From Saccostrea cucullata (lineage: Eukaryota), in NCBI RefSeq assembly GCF_032062105.1, contig NW_026938891.1, positions 186,001 to 250,000 of the forward strand: a stretch of DNA of 64,000 nucleotides. Direction: 5' to 3'. Below, piece by piece: positions 12,054 through 24,700 of the stretch (its first letter is position 1; each line of letters opens with the position of its first letter). The notes under the pieces were generated by a model that was not told where the DNA came from, did not search any database, and saw nothing but the letters and a program-made list of their open reading frames with translations. Both the position numbers and the translations under genes were made by a program.

Positions 12054-15000
12054 CTGCAAGAAAACAATGTACTACATGTATATATGTATAGATCACCCTT
12101 TCCCTTTTTCCTTACTTCTTAAAAACTGAATGAAAAGGTTTGGGATTTCCAAATCACTTCACTTATTTACATACTGTACATGTTTTTAAGATATTAGTGT
12201 TAGAGATACTGAAGTTCAACTTTTACAGGTATGAAAGGGCTATGAATTTCAAACTTCTGCCAGGACTTTCAACCTTTCAAAATGAACTTAGGTCGAGGTT
12301 ATGTCACAACTATAGAAAATACGGAAATATTAGTGTGAAATTAGAACATCCAGTGTTTTTCCATTTAAAATTTATGGATCAGACATGAATTGTGCATTTC
12401 TCCTGCTTTTGACCTTCAGCTTTTCAAACTGACCTGTCACAAGTTCATGAGGGTCATCAGCAATTTTTGTAGAAAATTTTAAGTATTCCATTTTTAGATA
12501 TGGCCAAGACAGGAATCAAATTTTTTTTCAAAAGGTCACCTTGTACTTGACCTAAGTCAAGGTCAAGACACACTGAGTTATATGGGACTGTGTGTCTCAG
12601 ATGTTTCTGCAACAAAATTATGACCTTTTCATAATTACGTTGAAAGAAAGTCAAACAAATAAATATGGTGATTTCTATATTCCCCAAAACTTCTTTTTTT
12701 GGGGTGGGGTGGGGTTGAAGGGTGGGGTCAGGGTGTTAATATATGCAACAATTTTATGTGGCTTTCAATGATACTGACCAATGGTGTCTATTTTGTGGGC
12801 AATCTGCTCCAAAGCTAAGCTACAGGCAATCAGCTGTCTCTCCAGATTTGACATCTGCTCTGTCATTCTGTCATTAAATTCCCTCTGTAGTTTGGATTGT
12901 GTTACCAGATGTTCTATTCTACAATAGAATTCTGATTACTATGACAAGAATATCGACAGTCTCGTTTCATATCATAAATTATATGGTCAATACTTGTTAG
13001 CAAATACAATCTATCAATAAGTCAAATACAGACGGACAAATATGATATAGGAACATATCATTATCATATTAAGCTTATTTGAATCAGATGAGTTAAAAGA
13101 AGTAAAACCATTGCCTGATTGCTTATTGATAACTTATATTTTACAACAATTTGCTTAGGTGGTACAAATGTATAGGCTAAAACACACCTATAAATCTATC
13201 ACATAGCTGATTTCTCTAAAATTTGACTCTGCTCTGTGTGTCTGATTTCTCTAACCTTTGACCCTGCTCTGTGAGTCTGATTTCTCTAACCTTTGACCCT
13301 GCTCTGATATCTCTAACCTTTGACTCTGCTCTGTGAGTCTGATTTCTCTAACCTTTGACCCTGCTCAGTGAGTCTGATTTCTCTAACCTTTGACCCTGCG
13401 TTTGATTTCTCTAACCTTTGACTCTGCTCTGTAAGTCGTGCAGCTTCTCTTTCACCTTTCTCCTGCTCCTCGTTCAGTTTCTTCATACAGATCTTCCAGT
13501 AGCTGTAGTCTGTCGTGCCCTTGATCTTTATAACAGACACACCCTCACCATCCTGCAAATGGAGCTTTACTATTACCATACATTCTTTTTATACACACAT
13601 ACTCAAAGACAGGATTTTTTGTTGTTCAACAAAATTAGTTGCACCCATAATTATCAATTAGTTGTTGCTAGATTGGGCTTTGATATTTGATGTATATCAA
13701 TAAATCTTACACATGCTGTTAACTTTTTCAAGCTACAGAACTGATGTCAGAGTGGTTCATGAAGATACAATTTTAAAAAGATTTTTTCCTAGATACAGTG
13801 TGTTCCCATGTTTATTAAGGATTTCATTTTTATCATTAATTTATTAAGTCATTTTTAGTGTATATCCATTTATATATGGTGAAAAAGTCTATGATCTGAC
13901 TGTATGTATTAAAGTCTTCCACAGCGCAACCTTATATTAACTTTGTGTTTTTTACTATAATTATGATGGTTTAATATTTCATTTGGAGGTTCAAGGAGTT
14001 GGTTTCAATAATTATTATAAGTAATTTGCCCTTTAAGTAAAATTTTTAAAAATTCACTCTACCACTTGATCCTTTTTCCTACAGCAAGAAGATTGACAAC
14101 ATTTCTTTAGGCACAGTTTGAGTTTCTGACAGATGAACTCAAACATCATGATGATGTAGCTGATGAAATTAAATGGAGCGGGTAATCTCAGACGAGTCTC
14201 AAAGTCCACAATGATGCTGTACACCTGGTATTTCCAGATTTCCTCCGATTCTTGCTTTATTTTGGCATTGGTGGCACTGAAACATAACATAATATATCTA
14301 ACTACTCTGTCAGTAAATGTGTTTGTTAGTTTACAAGATTGTTCATTCTGTATTCTATCTAGTACATCTTTTGTCTGATAATATCAAGTATTCACACTTT
14401 AAAAAAATATTCAAAGACTTTGGGCAGGTTGTGCATCATGAATTTTAAAGAAGGTGATAAAAATATAAGGAGGACTCCTACCTGAATAAAGCGTAGAGGA
14501 GAGTTAGAAGGATGAGTTTCGTAATGACCAGATACTGAATCACTATCGCATAACCACCAAAGCTACGGTACGGACACTCGGCAAACTCCCGCTGAAATCT
14601 CACTTGAGCTATAATTCAGACAATAGTGAATCAATTCCATTTAAGGTTAAATTGTTAAATGATAAAAATGAGTATCAGACCATCAATGAAGTAAAAAGGA
14701 CTGGCTTACTTCACGTTCCTGATTGGAATACATGTTCATGGATCTTGAAAGTGAATTAATACACATACCAGGTATAACTACATATATCTTCTAATAAAAA
14801 CCTTACACTTTAGACTGAAATTTGAATTTTCATCTCATCAAAAAATTCTTGGTGTATATCCCCAAATAATCTCTATATCCTGGATATTTTTTTATCTGAC
14901 TAGAATGCATTAACCAAGTACCTGCACTAATGTATTTTTATTTTTGCCGATAAAGAGTAAGTAATTGTAGCATTTGATCTACATTTTATATCTGACATAC

Positions 15001-18000
15001 TTGTATTTCTTTTCCAAAATGAAGCAGCAGCATCTGAAACACAAAAAACATTGCCAACTACTGTACATGTATTTTAAAAAACGGGCTTCATATTTTAGCC
15101 TCTTTGGTGTAGACAACAATGCGCTAATTCATGAATACCGCTGAGAAATCATTTACATATACAATACACTGAATTGGCATGTGTTGCGCTAATTTATGAT
15201 TACGCCAACAACTTCAACCCCAGTGATTACACTAAATTTTGAATACGCCAAATTATGTAAACGTACAGTATGTAATATAAACATGTACAAAAGAATATCT
15301 ATAAACAAAAAAATAGTTGAATCTCCAACTCAACTGAATCTCAATCTTGAATACCATGGATATTTCTAAGTGATCTGGAAGTTCCAACCATATATACCAT
15401 CGATATAGTGAATCCTCCAATATCTCAAAGTTTTTTCTCAGCCCCATCAGGTTGGAGATAACCAACTATGACTATATTTCCATTCACAGACTTATGTATA
15501 TATTATATTGGAATCTTTAACATATTAAGACAATTAAACAGAGGAGTGACAAAACTTACTATAGCAAACTTCTCTTGTCTGGTTGGCATAAAAATTCTCA
15601 CACTTTTCATTACCTGTAATTGATAAAAACAACAAACCTTTGTAACGAGGGCAAAAAATGCACTTCTACAAAAACAAATTTCAAAATAAGTTTTGCAATT
15701 GATTATAAATGCCTGAAATCCTAAAATAATTTTTTATGTCAGATAAAAAAATATGGGGAAAGTACAGGTACCTGAGTGTCATACTGCAAGTTTATTTAAG
15801 TAAAGTTTCATGTTCTTTCCTTATCAACAATTTTATACTAAATAACATTCAACTGGTAAATGATTGATAATGATGATAAATACAGCCCTCATCCCCCCAC
15901 CCCCCTCCCCTCCAAAAAAAAAACATAGGTAATCAGAGATTACAGAGCTCACCTCAACGAATGTTGTCTTTAAGTAAGGCAAAGTCACACAATTAACCAA
16001 CAAAAAAGTGTACATTCCAAAAATGAAAATATTTAAGCAATTTTGATCTGATACTTTGAAATAGACCTACATAAAAAATTTAAACTAGTTCTTCTTAATG
16101 AAAATGTAATCAAAATCCAGCATTTGAAGCAAATTTGAGAGTTTTCATCTCTTGATGCAACATTTGTGCAAGTTTGATTTATACTATGTTATATGAGCCT
16201 TATAGTTTTTTGGTAAGAGACCTGCAACCATAACTTTTACCTGGTCTATTATCTGAAAAATGTATGTCAAATTCAGCATCCGAAGCAAGTCCATTAGTGT
16301 GCATCCTAAGATGTATCGTCCATGCAAGTTTGCTCATTATAGGGCTCATACTTAATTGGAAATGAAACATGTATTAAAAACTAACATTTTCACTCATCCA
16401 CAAAAAGTAGGTCAGATTCAGCATCCGAAGCAAGCCTGGTAGTATGCATCCTTAGATGTATCATCCATGCAAGATTGGTCATTAAAGAACTCGTAGCTAC
16501 TTGGAAATGAAACCTGCACCAAAAACTTTAACCTGTTCACTCAACTGGAAAATGTAGGTCAGATTCAGCATCCCAAGCAAGCCCGGTAATATTCATCCTT
16601 AGATGTATCATGCATGCAAGTTTGGTCAACATAGGGCTTAAAGTTACTTGCAAATGAAACCTGCACCAAAAACTTTAACCTGTTCACTCAACTAGAAAAT
16701 GTATGTCAGATTCAGCATCCCAAGCAAGCCCGGTAATATTCATCCTTAGATGTATCATGCATGCAAGTTTGGTCAACATAGGGCTTAAAGTTACTTGCAA
16801 ATGAAACCTGCACCAAAAACTTTAACCTGTTCACTCAACTGGAAAATGTAGGTCAGATTCAGCATCCGAAGCAAGCCTGGTAGTATGCACAAGATGTATC
16901 ATCCATGCAAGTTTGGTCAACATAGGACTTATAGTTACTTGGAAATGAAACCTGCACCAAAAACTTTAACCTGTTCACTCAACCGGAAAATGTAGGTCAG
17001 ATTCAGCATCCGAAGCAAGCCCGGTAGTATGCATCCTTAGATGTATCATCCATGCAAGTTTGGTCAACATAGGGCTTTTAGTAACTTGGAAATGAAATCT
17101 ACACCAAAAACTGCACCAAAAATGTTAACCTGCTCCAAAAACATTAACCTGGTCATTCCTTTGCTGAAACTGCAGCATCTGAAACTTTGACTGGTACATT
17201 GAAACACAGTAGAACCATCTTCCATGCATGTCTAATCAATATAGGACATAAAAGTACTTAAAAAGAAAACTGCTTCCAAAAACTTAACCTTAACCTGGGA
17301 CACTGACGCCGACGCCGAGGGTATTATATAAGCTCCCCCAACTTCGTTGAGGTGAGCTAAAAAGAAGGCACAACTCAGTCACCCTGCTTTTTGGGTGAAT
17401 ATATTTCTTAAAAAATTTCCAAACATGCTTCAAGCAAATACTTCATCCCTGATTGTGACAGTATTACAGTAAAACATTCTGAAAGATCATGGACAGACAA
17501 TTTGCTTTGTTATCAGCATAATTTGTTATATCTGTTCAGTTTACAATACATGTATACTGTAAATGTGGAAATTTTGACACTATATACACTGTAGATCATG
17601 TTTTTACAAGCAGAATAAAATTTTATTGATGCAAACGCTTGAAAATGAGTTCACAAGGAAGTTGCAGTCTTTGCTTACAACACCATGAACTTTCAGGACC
17701 CATTTCTGCTCTCAAGTATAATGTCATCAAACCCAATATTTCCACCAGTGTAACATTTTTGGAAACTCCTTTTTGAGAATTCTTTGCGTTCGATTTTTAA
17801 CCCTGTAAAATCAAAAATACATAACTCTTGTTTCAATATTTTGCCAAAATTAACATTTGTCAATTTTCGTAAACAAAAAAACATCAATTTTTCAATTCGT
17901 CAAAATAACCACATTTACAGAATAATAAAGTCTCAGAGAATGACGTTACTTTAGTTGCTGTAAGTGTCAATTCATCAAAGGCGTGTTCACAATAAGCATG

Positions 18001-21000
18001 TTTTACTGTACTTCTCTTGGAGCCAAAAGTCAAGGAAGAAATAGTCTACACAACAAGGAAATGCTTGCATATTTATACGTGTACATGTAATACAAATGCT
18101 ATAAAAACCCTCCTTTCAAGAGAAAAAGTATTTTAATGTAAAATTGTAAGGTAATCTTGAAAAAATGTTGTCTATAAGTCTATAAGTCTCACACCAAACA
18201 AATGTTCTGGTACTGTGCATCCCTTGATAAAAAATCTATACAAGTTTGGTCCTGGGAATTTTGATACTTGAAAATAAACCTGCTCCAAAAACTTTAAAGA
18301 TTTAATGTTCAATCACCATGTAAGTGAAGGTCAGATCCAGCTTCTAAAACATACCCTAAAATCTTGAAAATAAGACGGATTTAATAATAAGCCGGTTTTG
18401 AAAATAAGCCACCTATTTCTTGCATTAAAAATTACTCGAAAATAAGCCAGTTTTGAAAATAAGCCGGTGATAACAATGCCATTTAGGAAAGATGTTATAC
18501 GTTTGACGATTTCCTCGTCTTAAAAATTTGACGAGTGAAAACTTTGACGATATTTTTACTGTGCAAATTAAAAATGAGTTATCTTTCTTGAATTCATTTA
18601 ACCTTTCTCAATTTCTGCATGTTTACGACAAAGTACGAACGAATACGAGTATCAATGACATAGTACGAACTAAGTCTGTAGCTACTAATGTACTTTTGTA
18701 AAATTACTAATAAAGGGTAGCTCTTAAAGTTAATTTTTTTTACCAGTAAGCATGTTACGCTGGCTAAAAAAATGTCATTGCGGAACCAGCTAACATTGTG
18801 AATTTTTTTCATGAAATTGTCAGAACAATAATTATCTCATTTAGACCTGTACTAGCTAACGATGTATTTAAAGTTGTTATAATTAAATAAGTAAATGGAT
18901 AAAAGGAGATTTTTGTTTGTAAAGCATTTAACTGTCAGGTAATACTGCCCGCGGCAGGAAACCTGCTAACCTGCAGGGCTTGGTAGTAATTATATTTCAA
19001 TATATCTTTTACATGTAATTGAGTTGTTTAAGTATGTGTTTGTTTGATACATTTATCAAGTGATTCAAGCGGATATCTTATATATTATTTTTACTTTTTT
19101 AAAACAAGTTTATATTTCACGTAACTTTATATGCTGTATACAATGAAGTTATCTTTTCGGGATCGGCATTCTCAAAATATAAAGTAGACGATTGATTACA
19201 CAATAAACCTAATGAACGTACACTTGGAAATGCCAATGAATTAAACAATTGACGAGAGAAAACTTTGAGGAGCTAAAATCATTCGTCAATGTTTCCTCCT
19301 CGTCAAACTTTCCACTTTTACAGTATTTTTTTCTACACGCAAGATACTGAACAAAGTATTATTGTAATTATTTTATTTTATTATATTCATGATTTAAAAT
19401 TTAAGATCGAACAAGTAGTTCTTATTTTATAGCTAGATTACACTTTATTCAATGATTGTATTGAAAATAAACCATGATTGTGCTCTCTTCTCTTACCAGT
19501 TTTTTGCATTGATAATAAGCCGCAATTTGAAAATAAGTTGGTTTTGAAAATAAGCCCCCAATTTCTTACCAAAACTTAAAATAAGCCGCGGCTTATTTTT
19601 AAGATTTTAGGGTATCAGTAATTTGCATACAAAGAAACATGCATAAACAGTTGAATTTCATTCACCTTGGACTTAAGTTATTACTTACTTGGAAATGGAC
19701 CAGCTCTAAAATATTAACCTGTTTATTCACCTGGACAAGAGGCCCACGGGCCTTATAGGTCACCTGAGCATTATGCAACAACTTTCCAGTTATTGAATTT
19801 GATTTATGTTTTAAGCCAGATGCTATATGGCATTCACAATTTTGAAAGAGGCACCATTGATCATCATAACAATACACTTAGCAGTTGCTTAGCTTGGTTA
19901 CTGAATACCCATACGCAGGGTAGGGGAACAATATTGCATTTCAACTAATCAGTAATATTCAGCAATAATCAGAAGTGCCCCTAACACTGTGACATAAACC
20001 CCTGACCCTAGGTCCACACATTGCACAATTTTTTTAAAGGCACCCTTAAAATTGCCTATCCCAAAAGGAAAAAAAATAAATGTTATATAAATATAAAGGA
20101 GCAGATTTCAAACAATTAATTCATTTTCAGTATATAAGTAGAGCCCCCCCCCCACCCCTGACCCTGGGGCCTTGAATTCACAATTCTGCAAGAGTAGGGC
20201 CCTTGCTCATCATAACTATAAAAGTAGTTCATCTGCTTCATACCCAGAGACAGAGAAGAAAATTTTCAAAGATTTAATGCATTTTCACTATATAATCAAT
20301 AGAGCCTCGCCCTAACACCAGAGCCCCTGACCCTGGGGCCATAAAATTCATAACTTTAGAAGAGGCATTCTTGCTCATTATAACTATGTACTTAGTTAGT
20401 TTATTTAATACCTAGGAGCAGAGAAGAAGATTTTCAAAGAATTCATGCATTTTCACTATATAATCAATAGAGCACCCCCCCCCCACCAGAACCCTTGACC
20501 CTGGGGCCATAAAATTCATAATTTTGGTTGAGGCACTCTTGCTTATCATAACTATGCACTTAGTTAGTTTATTTGATACCTAGGAGCAGAGAAGAAGATT
20601 TTCAAAGAATTCATGTATTTTCACTACATAATCAATAGAGCCCCCCCCTAACACCAGAACCCTTGACCCTGGGGCTATAAAATTCACAATTTGGGTAAAA
20701 GCACTCTTGCTCATCATAACTATGCACTTAGTTAGTTTATTTAATACAAAGGGGCAGAGAAGAAGATTTTCAAAGAAATCATGTATTTTCACTATATATA
20801 ATCAATAGAGCCCCACCCTAACACCAGAACCCCTGACCCTGGGGCCATAAAATTCTCAATTTTGGTAGAGGCACTCTTGCTCATCATAACAATGTACTTA
20901 GTTAGTTTATTTAATACCTAGGAGCAGAGAAGAAGATTTTCAAAGAATTCATGCATTTTCACTATATAATCAATAGAGCCCCCCCACCACCACCAGAACC

Positions 21001-21437
21001 CTTGACCCTGGGGCCATAAAATTCATAATTTTGGTTGAGGCACTCTTGCTTATCATAACTATGCACTTTGTTAGTTTATTTGATACCTAGGAGCAGAGAA
21101 GAAGATTTTCAAAGAATTCATGTATTTTCACTACATAATCAATAGAGCCCCCCCCCCCCCTAACACCAGAACCCTTGACCCTGGGGCTATAAAATTCACA
21201 ATATGGGTAAAAGCACTCTTGTTCATCATAACTATGCACTTAGTTAGTTTATTTAATACAAAGGGGCAGAGAAGAAGATTTTCAAAGAAATCATGTATTT
21301 TCACTATATATAATCAATAGAGCCCCACCCTAACACCAGAACCCCTGACCCTGGGGCCATAAAATTCACAATTTTGGTAGAGGCAATCTTGCTCATCATA
21401 ACTATGTACTTAGTTGGTTTATTTAATACCCAGGAGC

Positions 21438-21471
<34 letters not shown>

Positions 21472-21717
21472 CACTATATACTTATTTAGCCCTGCCCTAG
21501 CACTAGAACCCCTGACCCCAGGGCCATGAATTTCACAGTTTTGGTAGAGGACTCAATGCTGATTACAATCATGCAAACAGTTTGACTGCTTGTTGTCCAG
21601 GAGTAAAGAAGAAGATTTTTAAAGATTGCATTAATTTTAGTGGTTTTGGCCCCACCCCTCAGGCCCCAGGGGGGCAGGGATCATGAAATTCACAATTTTT
21701 GTTCCCCTTCACCCATA

Positions 21718-21748
<31 letters not shown>

Positions 21749-24700
21749 TTCAGTGGTTGCAGAGAAGAAGCTGAAAATGTTCAAATGTTAACACACGACG
21801 ACGGACGAAAACGGATAGCAATAGGTCACCTGAGTTTACTCAGGTGACCTAAAAATGTAGGTCAGATTCAGCATCAGAAGCATGTAGATGCATTATCCAA
21901 GCAAACGTAATTACCACAGGGTTTTAAAGTTACTTGGGAATAAATGCAGGTGAGATTCAGCATTGAAAGCAAGGTGGCAGTGTATCCTATATGCAAGTTT
22001 AGTCTGGGCAAGGCTTAAACTTAATTGTAAAGGAAACTTCTCCAAAAAATAAGCCTCTCAAGGTCAAATCTAGCATCTGAAGCAAGCCTTGTAGTGTGCA
22101 TCCATGCATGCAACTTAAACTTGTGCCGTAAACTTTAACCTGGTTGCTTATTTGGGAAATATATAGGTCATATCCTGGTACTTATATACTTATACAATTG
22201 GATTAATATAAGTTTGGTCCAGCTAGGGCTTATAGTTTACATGTACTTAGGAATAACAACTGCTCCAAAAAATTTAAAAGGATAACAATGCATGGGATAA
22301 TCGATAAGTGATCCATAGAAAGAAGTTGCTTGAAAGTCTTAAAAGGAAGAAATAAAAAATATAAAATGTAGTTGTGATGGATGTCGATAAAAAACATACG
22401 AAATCCCTCCAATACTTGTAGGTGATCTTGGGACAAAAGATTTTTAAAATCAAAGAAAACAAGATGTGTTTGTGAAACACTGATGCCCCCATATGGCAGC
22501 TTATGGCAAGGGTTGAATTCTCTCAAATGCATGTCAAACTCCTAAGGTCAAGGTCAAAAGACTTCATACCCAAAGGAAGGTCTTGTTATAAGGAATACAC
22601 CTGTGAAATATGAAATCCCCTTTTTTTTAACTGTTCAAAAGTTATGACCAAGGTTCAAGGTTTTTAAAAAGTGGCTCAAACTCTTGGGTCAAGGTCAAAA
22701 TTATTTATACCAGCTGAAAGACCTGTCTTGTTACAATGAATACATAATATGTGAAGGGTGAAAGCCCTAGCTCCAACTGTTCAAAAGTTATGGCTAATTA
22801 AAGTTAAAGTGTGGTAATTTTATTATAAATAGGTCAAACTCCAAGGTCAAGAGGTCAAATTTGGTGGTACCAAAGAAAGGTTTTGTCACAAAGAATACAC
22901 CTGTGATATATGAAAGCCATAGCTCCACCCACTAAGTAATAGGCTAGGTTAAAGTTGACAACAGACAGACGGAGAGACAAACAGACAGACAGGACAAACA
23001 CAATATACCCCCAGGATCTTTCAATCTGAGGGCGTAAAAAGTTTGCATAGATCTAATAGATTACAAATTTGAAACATACTGTCAAGGTCATCAATTTTAG
23101 TGAGGAACATTGCAAAGAAGGCCCTGCTAAGGGTACCCACAATGCCCTCCTCTGAGGCCGGGAAGTTAGGGTACAGCGTGGCCTGAATGGTGATACCCCC
23201 CGCAATCATAAACACCAGGAACATCCTCAACCACGTAACAAAGTCCTTCTTCATCTGAAAAAATCATACAGCATTTGTGAACATAAATCAGTTTAATTCT
23301 CAATATTTCTTACATTTCCAACTCTAAAAAGATGTATCACTGTGTGGGGTTTTAAGAGATCGTTTAAGCTTGTCTCCATTGAATAAACTGAAAAGCTGAG
23401 GCATGGATGTCAAACATAGTGTCCCAAGCCCTTAAAATAGCCAGACAGTTTTGCATAGATGTATTTTACACATACCATAGCTCTGAAGCTGATCATCATG
23501 GGTCCCAGCACGGGGCTGATGGGAAGGAAAACACTCAGTAACCTGTAGTAGAAGTACAGGAGGCCCAAACTCATGACAAATTTAGCCGTGGTGTACTTGA
23601 TGAAGGGGATGAACTTTGGTATGATTCGGACCAATCCGATCACGATCAGAAAGGAACCAATCAGGCATATCTCTATCACTGTCCAGAAAACCTTCATCTC
23701 TTTGTATTCCTAAAATTAAAAAGAAAGTAAGATCCAAACTTGTCAACACTACAAAATCAGCAAACCAGAATTCTGGTAGGAGTTAACTTCAGAGTTCCAA
23801 CTGTAAAGAGTTATTTTCATGTTAAATAATCAGCATGGCTTAACATTACACAGATGTACCTTTCTCTTAATGATAGTTTTTCTGATGATTTCAACCCAAA
23901 TCATGGCCGTCCAAAAATACACAACAAGGTCAATGTAGAAATCTCCACATGATGGTATAATGACTGCATAACTGAACAAGGCCAGGTACATTATATACAG
24001 CAACTGAAATATATTTATAAATATTAAGATACCAAACTGTGACCAATCTCAGAAATCCAGCGAACAATCCAGAAATCCAGTGAACAATCCAAACAGAGCA
24101 AAATAATAGACCCCTGGACATATAACAGTGGCTAAGTGAACCTTTAGCATTGTTGGAGAAAAACAAGTAATCCATTCAAAAACTATAAACAACCTTACTA
24201 TTGGTATACTGTAGATCACTTAATTTTTGCGACACCTTATTTTCGCAAGATAGTCATTGACTCCTGATTAGCGAGACAAAATATTCGTGAATTGTGGTTA
24301 TTGCTCTCTATAATCTTAAGGAATACTATTATATGCGAGAATTAAATTTTCGCGAGCACACAGTCTCGTGTAATTACGCGAAAATAAAGTTCTCGCGAAT
24401 AAAAAGTGATTTACAGTAATACATGTCAGACCCAGTATTAACTTGTATTTGCAAATCACTGTAATTAACACAGAATTTTTAAAATTTTGACATTATGAGA
24501 CTATAGAAAGCTCTGTTACATCAACCTATTTGTCAGTAGCCTACAATAAATACTCCAAAGTTGATTATGTTGCATTGATATGTTCATCTACAGGTGATTA
24601 CAAAATGTGCCATTCACACTGCTTAGGGTAGTTCCTTACCTGACTGAGATAAAACTTGGTGATTGGGGCACTCCACAGGTAATAGAACTGGAGATAAAGG

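Noticed and set aside
17950-18045. extra pore-loop exon
   Set aside because: Phase incompatible with the flanking phase-1 intron; no motif support
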